Virus record (IMG/VR): IMGVR_UViG_3300033075_001817
Coordinates: 853 to 64,852 of that record
DNA from: a virus
Taxonomy: Duplodnaviria; Caudoviricetes
Reading direction: 5' to 3' (one strand)
Length of the DNA: 64,000 bases
Shown piece after piece: positions 52,226 to 61,552 of the stretch (the first letter of the stretch is position 1; each line of letters begins with the position of its first letter). Position numbers and translations under genes: made by a program. The notes under the pieces were generated by a model. That model saw only the letters and a program-made list of their open reading frames with translations. It did no database searches and had not been told where the DNA came from.

Positions 52226-52977
52226 GCAACGCCGCGATCACCGCACGCTACCCCGCACAGCTGCCCGCAGGCTTCTCGGGGGCTGGCTTCTTCCTCGGCG
52301 CCGGCGACATGGTGGGCGACCATCAGCACGGCGTGAAGCGGCTGCTCGACGCGGGCGCCACGACGAGCTTCGTCCTGATCGAGAGCGTCGAGGGAACGCG
52401 TCAGCCCGCCACGCGCGTGCGGGACGTCTGCATCGCGCACCGCGAGCGCGACATCGAGCCGTGGCTCTTCACGTTCCCCACGTGCGCGCGGATCGACTCG
52501 GCCGTCGATCACCTGATCGAGTGCGGGCAGCTCGCGAACGTGCGGAAGGTGGTGCTCGACCTCGAGCCCTACCGCGATCCGAAGAGCGGTCGCCTCTACG
52601 ACTGGACCGAGCGCGACATCGCCGACCTCGTCACGAAGGTGCGCGCGGCCGGCTTCGAGATCGCGATCACCGTCTTCACCAGGAAGGCGTGGTCGCGCAT
52701 CGCGTGGGACCGCATCGCGCCGGGCGTGCCGATCCTTCTGCAGGTCTACGAGCGCGTCGCCGACGAGGACGAGCTCGCCGCCGCGATCGCGCAGTGGCCC
52801 GGCCGGACGGTCGTGCTCTGCCTCGCGACGTACCTCGGCCCCATCGAGCGGCTCCGGCACGACCTCGCGAACGCGCGGGCCCATTCGCAGAAGGTCGGGG
52901 CGGCCGCGTTCTGGAAGCTCGGGTCGACCGACCTCGCCGAGGCCCGCACGGTGTGCTCGTGGATCGTCTCGATCTGA
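52222..52977 (+). CDS. Putative endolysin, GH25-like TIM-barrel glycoside hydrolase
   Basis: beta/alpha periodicity, VVLDLEP (DxE), ILLQVY; no other lysin candidate in the late arm. Confidence 0.5.
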   Translation: MSNAAITARYPAQLPAGFSGAGFFLGAGDMVGDHQHGVKRLLDAGATTSFVLIESVEGTRQPATRVRDVCIAHRERDIEPWLFTFPTCARIDSAVDHLIECGQLANVRKVVLDLEPYRDPKSGRLYDWTERDIADLVTKVRAAGFEIAITVFTRKAWSRIAWDRIAPGVPILLQVYERVADEDELAAAIAQWPGRTVVLCLATYLGPIERLRHDLANARAHSQKVGAAAFWKLGSTDLAEARTVCSWIVSI

Positions 52978-53108
52978 CGACCGTCGACGAGTACGCGCTC
53001 CTCTACGGGGCGCGCGGCCGTCGCACGGAGATCGCGCTCGTGCTCGACGCTGCCCGAGGGACGCGCCTGCGCTGGTGGGTGATGGTCGTCGGGATCCCGC
53101 GCGCCTGA
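52959..53108 (+). CDS. Small hypothetical protein
   Basis: 49-codon ORF with typical codon usage. Confidence 0.3.
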   Translation: MDRLDLTTVDEYALLYGARGRRTEIALVLDAARGTRLRWWVMVVGIPRA

Positions 53109-53144
53109 CGCAACGCTGCCATCCGCGTCGCCGATACCCGTGGC

Positions 53145-53297
53145 ATGGACTGGATCGCCATCGACGCCACCGCCCCGGGCTCCCTCGTCGTCATCCTCAC
53201 CCACGGCCTCGATCTGCACGTGCACCGGCGCGTCGCGGAGCTGATCGAGCGGCGCACGGGGAGGTGCATCGCTGCGTGGATCCTGCCTACCGCGTGA
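53145..53297 (+). CDS. Small hypothetical protein, last plus-strand gene
   Basis: 50-codon ORF converging on the minus-strand arm. Confidence 0.3.
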   Translation: MDWIAIDATAPGSLVVILTHGLDLHVHRRVAELIERRTGRCIAAWILPTA

Positions 53298-53685
53298 CGG
53301 CGCGGCCGTCCTCGCCGAGCACGACGATCGGACGGCCCAACTTCGCCGCCTCCCTCACCGCGTGCCACGTGCCGCGTGACGACGCGCGCGGGCAGGCGAT
53401 GAGCGCGAGCCCGAGCGCGACGATGCGCTTGTTCCGGTCGAGCGGAGGCGCCGGCGGCGCGAGCAGCACGCAGCCGCGCAGGGTCGCGCGCATCGCGTCG
53501 ATGTTGCTAGGGTACCCGCGACGCGCGATCCCGTAGTGCTCTGCGATGCGATCGGCCTCTGCATCGGCGCCAACGCAGCATCCGTGCACGAGCGTGGTCG
53601 CTCCCCACAGCCGCAGGAGACGACCGACGGCGACTTGCTGCGCACGCGTCATACCCTCGCGGGAGCCGGAGAAGGCGACGATCAC
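53287..53685 (-). CDS. SLOG-superfamily protein (DUF2493/YAcAr-like)
   Basis: VAFSGSR, LVHGCCVGAD, PLDRNKRIV, SRGTWHAVREA.K.G.PI. Confidence 0.78.
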   Translation of the reverse strand: MIVAFSGSREGMTRAQQVAVGRLLRLWGATTLVHGCCVGADAEADRIAEHYGIARRGYPSNIDAMRATLRGCVLLAPPAPPLDRNKRIVALGLALIACPRASSRGTWHAVREAAKLGRPIVVLGEDGRAVTR

Positions 53686-53879
53686 GTACCCATCCGCGAC
53701 GACCGCAGCCGGTCGAGCCTCTTCGTGCACCACTTGCACGTGGCGCTCTTGCTCAGCGCGTAGATCGCGAGGCCGCATTCTTCGCATCGCGTCTCGTAGA
53801 CGGCCACGCGCAGGACGGTGCCGGCTGTCGGCGGTGGGAACACGATGCGACGCACCCCCTCTTCTGGGTACCAGCCCAT
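53682..53879 (-). CDS. Small Zn-ribbon protein
   Basis: RCEECG...TCKWC. Confidence 0.5.
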   Translation of the reverse strand: MGWYPEEGVRRIVFPPPTAGTVLRVAVYETRCEECGLAIYALSKSATCKWCTKRLDRLRSSRMGT

Positions 53880-54163
53880 CACGTCCCCATCCGCGCGGCC
53901 CGCATCCGCGCACTGTACCCCGGCGCCGCCCCCTGCTCGATCAGCTCGCCGATCGTCTCGTCGCGGTCGCCGCCGTAGGGCAGGCAGTCCAGGTCGTAGC
54001 CGCCAGGGAGGTAGGACAGCTCGGCCGCGTCGGTCGGCTCGGGCTCCTCCATGCACTCGCCGCTCGTCACGACGTCGAGCGCCACGCGCTGCGCGTCGGC
54101 CTCGGTCTCCGCGATGACGACGAGCTCGAGCGAGAGGGTGACGGTGTAGAGGCGGCGGGTCAC
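53879..54163 (-). CDS. Hypothetical acidic protein
   Basis: Coupled overlap. Confidence 0.55.
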   Translation of the reverse strand: MTRRLYTVTLSLELVVIAETEADAQRVALDVVTSGECMEEPEPTDAAELSYLPGGYDLDCLPYGGDRDETIGELIEQGAAPGYSARMRAARMGT

Positions 54164-54348
54164 GAGGCGGCTCCCTTCGGCGGGCGCCAGCCGAACGCGC
54201 GCGCGTGCTGTCGGTGCGCATTGCGCTCGTCGGCGTCGTCCCACTGCGGAGCGTCCGGCGGCGTCTTCGTGCCGTAGTACGCGTCGAGGAACGCCAGCGC
54301 GGACAGGAATTCCGCGCTCCGCTCCGTACCTGTGTCTCGTCGGCTCAT
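54160..54348 (-). CDS. Small hypothetical protein
   Basis: Strong RBS GAAGGAGGAG. Confidence 0.55.
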   Translation of the reverse strand: MSRRDTGTERSAEFLSALAFLDAYYGTKTPPDAPQWDDADERNAHRQHARAFGWRPPKGAAS

Positions 54349-54377
54349 CACTCCTCCTTCGCCGCTCGCGCGGCCCC

Positions 54378-54592
54378 GGAGCACAGCCCGTGTGCTCCTC
54401 TGCCGCTCGGCACCATGCCTGCGGCCGATTCTTCGCCAGCGCTCGCTCGCGAGACCGGGCCGGATTCGTCCAGAATCACGACCGGCCTCCGCGCGTCCGG
54501 GGCTTCAAGTCCCGTCCACCCCGCTCGTTCCACGCCTGCATTCTGGGCACCTCCGCGATCCGGTCCGCCTCGTGTGCTCCGGATTGTGCTCC
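54378..54592. other. attP site: tRNA-like core plus four arm-type repeats
   Basis: Core TTCAAGTCCCGTCCACCCCGC (54504-54524) has the register of a tRNA T-loop, T-stem and acceptor. TGTGCTCC occurs at 54391, 54573 and 54585, and inverted (GGAGCACA) at 54378. Confidence 0.8.
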
Positions 54593-55672
54593 TACCGGTA
54601 GGCGCACGACCGCCTCGCAGAGCGTCGCCCACGGCCAGGTGGTGTAGAGGTCGAGGACGGCGCGCGGCGCACCGTGCGTCACGCACCGCAGCACCTCACC
54701 GCGCGCGCCGCCCGCGCGAGCGAGGGAGATCATGGTGCGCCGAAGGTCGTGCTGACGACGCGGCCGCATCCCGTGGCGCTCGCAGTCCTCTACGAGCCGC
54801 GTGTGTCCGTGCCTCACGCTGCGGATCGCGCCGCGTCGCGACGGGACAATGAGATCGCCGGGCAGCGGGTCGCGTCCGTACATCGCCGGCCAGCCCGCAG
54901 AGCGCCACTCCTCGAGCAGCGCGCCGAGCACGGGATGCACCGGCACCTCCCGCGGCGTGTCGGTCTTCAGCCGCTCGCCGTCGTACTGCGTCGCGACGAT
55001 CATCCGCGCGAGAGGGAGGGCCGCGTCGATGTCGCGCCAGCGCCGGCCGGCAGCCTCGCCGAACCGCAGCCCGGCGAGCCCCATCAGCCCGTACATGACC
55101 CGGCGATCGGGCGGCACGCGCGGCGACGAGATCAGCGTCTCGACCTCGAGCGCGGTGAAGAGCGCGGTCATGCGCCACGCCGGATCGGCATCGCGCGCGG
55201 CGGGGAGGGTGCCGGGCGAGAGCACGCACGGCGTCGCGGCGATAACGTCCTCGATCACGGCATCGCGGCACATCGACCGAAGGCAGTCGTAGATGTGCCG
55301 GACGGTGCGGGGCGCGAGCCCGCGCGTGGTGAGCGCGAGCACGAACGCCGCCACGTCGCGCGGGCGCAGCGACGAGACGAGCCGCTCGCCGATGAGAGGG
55401 AGCACGTGGTCTCGTGTCCGCTGCTCGTAGTCGTCCACCGTCCGCACGCCGCGAGCTCGCATGCGCTCAAGCCAGCGCGCAGAGTACGCGCGCACCGTCT
55501 GTGCGTCGCTCGCATCGCGCGGGCGCCACGTGCCCATGGCCACCTCGCGCTTGCGGTCGCGGAGCATCCGCTCCGCCACACGCGGATCGCTCTGCCCCGT
55601 CGTCTCGCGCACCTGGCCGCCCGGTCCCTCGTACCGGATCCACATCGTCGAGCCTCGCCGATAGATTCCCAC
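54476..55672 (-). CDS. int: Tyrosine integrase
   Basis: N-terminal arm-binding-like domain, GLRFGEAAG, HDLRRT, HG....LDLY. Confidence 0.95.
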   Translation of the reverse strand: MGIYRRGSTMWIRYEGPGGQVRETTGQSDPRVAERMLRDRKREVAMGTWRPRDASDAQTVRAYSARWLERMRARGVRTVDDYEQRTRDHVLPLIGERLVSSLRPRDVAAFVLALTTRGLAPRTVRHIYDCLRSMCRDAVIEDVIAATPCVLSPGTLPAARDADPAWRMTALFTALEVETLISSPRVPPDRRVMYGLMGLAGLRFGEAAGRRWRDIDAALPLARMIVATQYDGERLKTDTPREVPVHPVLGALLEEWRSAGWPAMYGRDPLPGDLIVPSRRGAIRSVRHGHTRLVEDCERHGMRPRRQHDLRRTMISLARAGGARGEVLRCVTHGAPRAVLDLYTTWPWATLCEAVVRLPVGAQSGAHEADRIAEVPRMQAWNERGGRDLKPRTRGGRS

Positions 55673-55675
55673 CGC

Positions 55676-56008
55676 TCACCTCCTCGTCAGGCTGAGCAGC
55701 TTCGCGCCGTGCTTGCGCGCGTGTCCACCGGGGCGCGCGATGCGCTCCTCGAGCCAGGCCACGACCTCCTTGCGGCGGAAGCGGTAGCCGCGCGCGACGC
55801 GGGCCGCAGGCAGGCCATCGCGAGCGACGAGGCTCGGCACCGTCGAGCGCGCGACGCCGAGCATGGCGGCCACCTCGTCGGGGCCGATCCAGTCGTCGGC
55901 CTTCGCGTCGAGCGCCGCGCGCACGGCCTCGGTGAGCATGTCGCGCAGCTCGCCGCGCGTGAGCGTGACGAGCATGTCGGCGTCGGAGTACGAGCGGGCT
56001 GCGGTCAT
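55676..56008 (-). CDS. xis: Excisionase-like HTH protein
   Basis: IGPDEVAAMLGVARSTV...GLPAARV..GYRFRRKEVVAWL; directly upstream of int. Confidence 0.8.
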   Translation of the reverse strand: MTAARSYSDADMLVTLTRGELRDMLTEAVRAALDAKADDWIGPDEVAAMLGVARSTVPSLVARDGLPAARVARGYRFRRKEVVAWLEERIARPGGHARKHGAKLLSLTRR

Positions 56009-56265
56009 CGCGCGAGCACCCCGCGGTTCCGGCACACGTGTTCGAGGTATCCGATCCAGTCCGGGTCTGCGCTCTCGTTCTCGAACCGGATCGCCCACCA
56101 GACGCAGCCGGCGAGCGTCTTCTCCACGCCGGGTCGCCACGACCGTTGGATGACGTGCATGTACCAGCGGCCGTCGCGCGTCTCATCGTAGTGCCAGAAC
56201 GCGAAGAGGTACATGAGGCATGCGGCGGTCCGCTGCTCTTCGGTGAGGTGTTCCGCCTTCGTCAC
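56005..56265 (-). CDS. Hypothetical protein
   Basis: Coupled overlap. Confidence 0.5.
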   Translation of the reverse strand: MTKAEHLTEEQRTAACLMYLFAFWHYDETRDGRWYMHVIQRSWRPGVEKTLAGCVWWAIRFENESADPDWIGYLEHVCRNRGVLAR

Positions 56266-56522
56266 GTTCCCGCCTCCTCTGCCTCAACCGGCGCCGCAAG
56301 CTCGATCTTCGCTTCGAGCAGCTCGCGCGCCGTCTTCTTCGTGGCCCCGTGCTGCACGCCGACCCCTGTCGTCCCTCGCCAGAAGGTGCAGACCGACGCC
56401 GGCCCGAGGATCGACTCTGCCGGCACGAGCTTCGCGCACCACCGCTCCCCGCGCGCCATGATGACGAGCGAGTAGACGTGTCCGCCGCTGATCGTGTGGC
56501 GTCTCCAGTGTGCCTTCGTCAC
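56262..56522 (-). CDS. Hypothetical protein
   Basis: Coupled overlap. Confidence 0.45.
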   Translation of the reverse strand: MTKAHWRRHTISGGHVYSLVIMARGERWCAKLVPAESILGPASVCTFWRGTTGVGVQHGATKKTARELLEAKIELAAPVEAEEAGT

Positions 56523-56746
56523 GTCCCCATCTCCCGGCGCCGCAGCGCCTCTTCGGCCCAGAGGCCTTTCACCACGCAGAGCGACCACGAGAAAAGCGCG
56601 CGCTCGCGCCATATGCGGCGCTGCCGCATGGCGCTCAGAAATCGATCGCGCGCCATCTCGCGCCATTCGTCGACCATCCAGCCGACGAACGCGTCGTGGT
56701 GTTCGGTCAGCTCCTGAGTCAACGGCCCCACCAACGGCCCGGTCAC
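56519..56746 (-). CDS. Hypothetical protein with C-terminal hydrophobic segment
   Basis: GTGA overlap with the DUF5131 stop. Confidence 0.45.
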   Translation of the reverse strand: MTGPLVGPLTQELTEHHDAFVGWMVDEWREMARDRFLSAMRQRRIWRERALFSWSLCVVKGLWAEEALRRREMGT

Positions 56747-57804
56747 CTCGGGAACTCCCTCACGCGGAGGTCCGCTGGCCACTCGCTCGGGTCGGCGCCC
56801 TTGCGGTGCTTGAGCCCGTCACACGAAAGCCCGTCGTGCTCGCACGTTCCGTCGTTGTCCGCGCAGTCGCGGCACCGTCGGCGCTCGACGTTTGCCCCGA
56901 GCTGCTTCACGAACACCGGCACGCCCGCCGCGCGGCACTGCGCGACGGCGCTCCTGGCCCACGCGAGATCGAACGGCCGCGCGCCCGGGCCGCTCTCGCC
57001 GCCGACGATCACCCAATCGAGCTTCGCGTGCGTGCGGATGACGCGAGGCGGCTCCGTGAAGCGGACGCTCCAGGTGAGCCCGGCGAGCGGGAGCATCATC
57101 TCGTCGCGCGCGCTCGCGATGTTCTTGAAGTCGACCGGACCGAGCGCGGGTTCGTACGACACGAAGCGGACGGCCGCGGGCGTGTCGAGCAGGAGCGGGA
57201 TCCGCTCGTCGGCGCGCTGCTGGTCCTCGGCCGTGACGCCGAGCCAGACGTTCGGCAGCGGCCACGCGGCGCTATCGCCCGAGCGCTGGTGTCGCAGCAC
57301 CTCGCCGGCTTCGACTGCACCGAGACGCACCGCGTGACGCACGCACTCCCATCGCTCCCAACCGCGACGCCCGCTCGCGCTGGCGTTCGGTTCGTCGCCC
57401 TCGGGGGCGAACCCGTCGAGCCACGCGAACCACTCGCGCATCCGCGCCGGACGCTTCGTGAGCACCTGGAGCGTCAGGTGCGGGCACGCGGCCATCACGC
57501 CGAACACCGCGGCGATCTGCTCGTTCGTGAGCGCGTCGTGGAAGAGGTCCGAGAGGCTGTTCACGAAGACGCGCTTCGGCTTTCGCCAGCGCAGCGGCTC
57601 CCCGAGCCGGCTCTCGACGAGGCGCACCTCGCCGGTCCAGCGCGGGCCCTTCTCGCCCTTGCCGAGCACCGTCAGCCCGCGATGCTGGGGCGCGAGCTCG
57701 CGATGCACGAAGCGCTCGGCGTAGCAGTGCTCGCAGCCCGGCGAGACGCGCGAGCATCCGACAATCGGGTTCCACGTCGCGTCGGTCCATTCGATGTCGC
57801 TCAC
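56743..57804 (-). CDS. Phage Gp37/Gp68 (DUF5131) radical-SAM-like protein
   Basis: SDIEWTDATWNPIVGCSRVSPGCEHCYAE, FVNSLSDLFH, LTKRP, WVIVGGESG, VFVKQLG. Confidence 0.93.
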   Translation of the reverse strand: MSDIEWTDATWNPIVGCSRVSPGCEHCYAERFVHRELAPQHRGLTVLGKGEKGPRWTGEVRLVESRLGEPLRWRKPKRVFVNSLSDLFHDALTNEQIAAVFGVMAACPHLTLQVLTKRPARMREWFAWLDGFAPEGDEPNASASGRRGWERWECVRHAVRLGAVEAGEVLRHQRSGDSAAWPLPNVWLGVTAEDQQRADERIPLLLDTPAAVRFVSYEPALGPVDFKNIASARDEMMLPLAGLTWSVRFTEPPRVIRTHAKLDWVIVGGESGPGARPFDLAWARSAVAQCRAAGVPVFVKQLGANVERRRCRDCADNDGTCEHDGLSCDGLKHRKGADPSEWPADLRVREFPR

Positions 57805-58991
57805 TGCCCACGCTCCCGGCTGGCGAGGGCGCGGATGCTCTTCGCGAGAGTCGTCGCCGCGCACTTCGCCGCGTAGTGGTAGTCATCGCCGTCAGGGTCC
57901 GAGCTGGACATCGCCGCGGCCGTCTTCGCGAACTCGCCGCACACCTTCGCGGCGTCCTTCACCGCGTCGTCGTAGCCATCGGCCAGCACCCGCGCGTCGT
58001 GCTTCTCGTCGCTCTCGCGCCGCTGCTCGACGTACGCGCCCCACTCCTCGCGCGTGAGCCCGAGCCACTCGTGCAGCGGCGGGCGCGGCGTCTCGCTCGC
58101 GTGCCATGCGTCGATCGCCTCTTCGAGCGTCGGCCGCCTCGCAGCGATCTCCGCCTCGACCTTGGCCCGCACCTCCGCGTCGTGCGCCTCGGCGGCTGCT
58201 CGGGTGTCGGCGAGGGCGGTCCGGAGGGCGCGCCACTGCGAGGCGCTGATCGCGTACTCCTCGCGGCCGTCGCCGTGCGAGCCGAACACCGTGCGCGCGT
58301 CGATTCGCTCGGCAGAGGTGAGGACCTGCTCGGGCATCTCGAACGGTGACGCGGCCAGCCTCAACGCTGCGAGCTCGCCGGCCAGGGAGGCGCGGGCCGC
58401 CTCGGACGCGTCACGCTCGTTCTCCGCGGCGTAGCGCTGCCGCGTCTGCGTCGTGACGCATCCCCACGCGTGCGCGCGGTCCGACTCGATCGCATCGATG
58501 CGCGCGTTTTGGCGCGCGACGTGGTCCGCCCACTCCTTCGGCGTGCTGACGCTCTCGGTCTCGACGTCCAGGATCGAATGGATCGCCAGGTGCACCGCGC
58601 CTTCGTCCCGCACCGCGTCTTGCGCCTTGCCCGGCGTCTGCATCGCCTCCCAGACGGCAGCGTGCGCAGCGAGGGCGCGAAGCTTCATCGCCGCAACTTG
58701 CACCTCGGCCTTCTCGGCGCAGGCGCGCTCGAACGCGAGCAGACGCTCCAACTCGGCGCGCGCCGCGTACTCGTTGAGCGCCTCTTCGCTCACGCGGTCG
58801 ATGGTGTCGAGCAGCTCGGGGAGGGCATTGACGGCAGCAACCGAAAGCGCCCCCGCGCAGGCACCGATCTCCATCGCGATCCACTGACCGTCTCCGCCGA
58901 CGATGATGCCCCACCCGGACCGCTCCCACGGCAGAGGACTCTCGTGCGCCGCGTCGAGCAGCGCCCGCAGTTCGTTCGCGTCGTAGGTCAT
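57801..58991 (-). CDS. Hypothetical coiled-coil protein
   Basis: 396 aa coupled gene. Confidence 0.6.
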   Translation of the reverse strand: MTYDANELRALLDAAHESPLPWERSGWGIIVGGDGQWIAMEIGACAGALSVAAVNALPELLDTIDRVSEEALNEYAARAELERLLAFERACAEKAEVQVAAMKLRALAAHAAVWEAMQTPGKAQDAVRDEGAVHLAIHSILDVETESVSTPKEWADHVARQNARIDAIESDRAHAWGCVTTQTRQRYAAENERDASEAARASLAGELAALRLAASPFEMPEQVLTSAERIDARTVFGSHGDGREEYAISASQWRALRTALADTRAAAEAHDAEVRAKVEAEIAARRPTLEEAIDAWHASETPRPPLHEWLGLTREEWGAYVEQRRESDEKHDARVLADGYDDAVKDAAKVCGEFAKTAAAMSSSDPDGDDYHYAAKCAATTLAKSIRALASRERGQ

Positions 58992-59293
58992 GACTGCTTC
59001 TCTGCGGCGATGCGGAGATGCTCCGGCGTGGCGTCCACCCCGTCAGACGCGACCGTCATCGCAACGAGCACGGGGCGGCTCACGACGCGAAGCGCGATGC
59101 CGGCCTTGCGGCACGCTCGCTCGATCTCGCCGAACTTTGCGTTCGCGGAATCGATCGCCTGCGTATCCACCTGCGCCAACGTGGTATCGCGCGACCACGC
59201 CCCGCTTGCTGCGATCTCCAGATCGACGCGCACCGTGACGGTCGCAGTGGCCGTGCCGCGCCGCTCGCGCTTGGCGAAGATGTCGAGGCTCAC
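58988..59293 (-). CDS. Hypothetical protein
   Basis: Coupled overlap. Confidence 0.5.
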   Translation of the reverse strand: MSLDIFAKRERRGTATATVTVRVDLEIAASGAWSRDTTLAQVDTQAIDSANAKFGEIERACRKAGIALRVVSRPVLVAMTVASDGVDATPEHLRIAAEKQS

Positions 59294-60051
59294 GACCGCA
59301 CCGCCTCTCGGATCGCGTCGCAGTCGGCGTCGGAGAGCGCCTCGAAGAACACCGATCCCTTCCTTCGCACCAGCGCCCGCTCGTGCTCCGCGACGGCCGC
59401 GGCGGCGTCGGCCAGGTGCCGCCGGACGATGGCGGCGAGGTCGCTGTCGAGCACGGCGCGCGTGTCGGCCAGCGCACGCCACTCCTTCGCGATCGCCAGC
59501 GCCACCGTCTCGGACGGCGCGGGCTGCGGGGCGGGGCCGGCGGCTGCGAGCGCCGCAGACACCAGCTCGTCAGGGTGCTTCTTCGGATACATCGCCGTCA
59601 GCGAGACCGCGAGATGCGCCACCCGCTCACCCCACGCCCGCACGTCTCCCGGCTGCGACGGCGCGGGCTGCGGAGCCTCGGCGCGCGGGGCGGGGCCGAG
59701 GGCGCGGATGCGGTTCTCGACGTCGCTAAGAGCACGCATCACGCGCTCGGAAGCAGCAAGCGCCGCTTCGTCCTCGTCCGTGGCCTGGCCCATTGCCATG
59801 TCTGCGGCCCACCCTGCGGCGGCTCCGGCGTGCGCCCGCTTGGCGCGCAGCACCTCGTTCGCGCACCGCTCGCGCTCATCGGCGAGACGCTGCCCCACGT
59901 CCGTGAGCGCGACCTCGATCGCATCGGCGAAGCGCGCGTCGATGATCAGCACCTCCGTCCCGTGCTCCGATGGCTCGCGCTCGGCGGCAGCGATCAGCGG
60001 AGCGAGGTCGCGGCCCACGTACTCGGCGGGCATCTTCTTCGGCTTGCTCAT
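59290..60051 (-). CDS. Hypothetical protein
   Basis: Start moved to MSKPKK (ATGA overlap). Confidence 0.55.
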   Translation of the reverse strand: MSKPKKMPAEYVGRDLAPLIAAAEREPSEHGTEVLIIDARFADAIEVALTDVGQRLADERERCANEVLRAKRAHAGAAAGWAADMAMGQATDEDEAALAASERVMRALSDVENRIRALGPAPRAEAPQPAPSQPGDVRAWGERVAHLAVSLTAMYPKKHPDELVSAALAAAGPAPQPAPSETVALAIAKEWRALADTRAVLDSDLAAIVRRHLADAAAAVAEHERALVRRKGSVFFEALSDADCDAIREAVRS

Positions 60052-60224
60052 CGGGGCGTCCCTTCCGTGCCGCGCAGCTCTTCCGCAGCGAAACGAAGTA
60101 CGTCGGCCTTCAGGAGCGCGCGTCCGGCTCGCTCGCGTTCCTGGTTGGAAAACCACGCGAGATCGGCGAACGCCGCCGCCGATGCCTTCGCGCGCTCTGC
60201 GGTGATTGTCTCGGTCGTCGCCAT
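60048..60224 (-). CDS. Small hypothetical protein
   Basis: 58-aa ORF not in the track; fills the gap and ends in an ATGA overlap. Confidence 0.4.
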   Translation of the reverse strand: MATTETITAERAKASAAAFADLAWFSNQERERAGRALLKADVLRFAAEELRGTEGTPR

Positions 60225-60254
60225 CGCGTCGAGACGATTGGCGCAGAGCTTCCG

Positions 60255-60866
60255 TTAGTCGGATCGGACCGCGGCGGAGGACATCGCGAGCGCGCGGGCC
60301 TCGTCGCGCTCCTTGATCAGGTCGAGACGCTCGGCCGCGAGCGCCTCGGTTCGCCTCCGCAGTTCGTCCTCTGCCCTTGTGATCGCGTCGAGCAGCGCGA
60401 GCACCGATGCGCCCACCGCGATCGCATACGCGCTCGGCCCCTCGCTCGACGGAGAGACCCGGTAGCGCTCCGGGATGATGCCGAGCGTCGAGCGATCCGC
60501 GTGCATCCGACCCGTCCGGTACGCGGGGCCTCGGAAGCGCAGGACCTCGCTCGCGCGCGACAAGATCGAGAGCCGCCGAGCGCAGTTCGCGCAGACGCCT
60601 CCCATCGCCTCGTGCGTGGCCGGCGCGCACATCCACCGGGCGAACTCGGCCTCGACGTCGCGGAGCAGCTCGGACGCGTCGCCCTCGGTCGGGGCGTCGC
60701 GCTCGATCGTCGGCGCACCGTCCTCTTCGAGCGCCTGGCGCACGATCTTCGCGAAGGTGCGGCCGATCGACCCGTGCCGATCGAAGGCGTCGAGGACCTC
60801 GGCGACCTTCCGCGGGATCGGCGTGGAGCGGGTGGTGATGCGGACGCGAAGGACGCGATCGGTCAC
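60255..60866 (-). CDS. Hypothetical protein
   Basis: GTGA overlap; VCANC motif. Confidence 0.5.
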   Translation of the reverse strand: MTDRVLRVRITTRSTPIPRKVAEVLDAFDRHGSIGRTFAKIVRQALEEDGAPTIERDAPTEGDASELLRDVEAEFARWMCAPATHEAMGGVCANCARRLSILSRASEVLRFRGPAYRTGRMHADRSTLGIIPERYRVSPSSEGPSAYAIAVGASVLALLDAITRAEDELRRRTEALAAERLDLIKERDEARALAMSSAAVRSD

Positions 60867-61513
60867 GACGCGCTCGCCTTCTCGTTCGCGCGCCAGTCGG
60901 CGATGGTGCGATCGATGAGGGGCCGCAGATCGATGAGCTGGTGGTAGCGGAAGCGATCCTCGTCGCCGTCCTCCTCGTGCTCCGAGATGAGGAGGATCGT
61001 GCTGCCGATGGACGCGCAGAAGCGCTCGGCCGCTTCCTCCGGATTCAGGCACGTCGGATCGGTGGAGAGGGTCCCGCATACGCCCTCGCCGCTGTTGTTC
61101 ACGCCGGAGAGCGTGACCGTCAGCGAGTAGCAGGTGCCGACGCCGTGCCAGAGCTTCGCCTCGATCGCCGCCGTGATCTCCCAGACGCCCCAGCCGAGCG
61201 ACGGCTCTCCGTCGTCGCTGACGATCAGCTCCGGCGCCTCCTTGCTCTGGCGCGTGTCTGGCGGGCGCGGGATCGAGATCGACTGCTCCCGATCGAGGCT
61301 CTCCGCGCACTTCGCGCAGAGCGGCACGCCGTCCACGTCGCTCGTCGTCGCCGGCTCGGGGCAGCCCTCGCACAGATCTGGCGCGCCCTCGTCGTCGGCC
61401 ACCCCCTTCAGTCCGCGCGCGATCGCGTGCTCTCCGCGCTCGTCCATGATGCGCGCGGCGCGGCGGATCGTGAGGGCCTGCTCGGGGGTCAGCTCTTCGC
61501 TCTTCTCGGTCAT
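60863..61513 (-). CDS. Hypothetical protein with Zn-ribbon
   Basis: LCEGC...LCAKC; RBS GAGGAG. Confidence 0.6.
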   Translation of the reverse strand: MTEKSEELTPEQALTIRRAARIMDERGEHAIARGLKGVADDEGAPDLCEGCPEPATTSDVDGVPLCAKCAESLDREQSISIPRPPDTRQSKEAPELIVSDDGEPSLGWGVWEITAAIEAKLWHGVGTCYSLTVTLSGVNNSGEGVCGTLSTDPTCLNPEEAAERFCASIGSTILLISEHEEDGDEDRFRYHQLIDLRPLIDRTIADWRANEKASAS

Positions 61514-61552
61514 GATCGTCTCCTCGGTGGTCGGTGTGTCGCTGCTCGCTCG

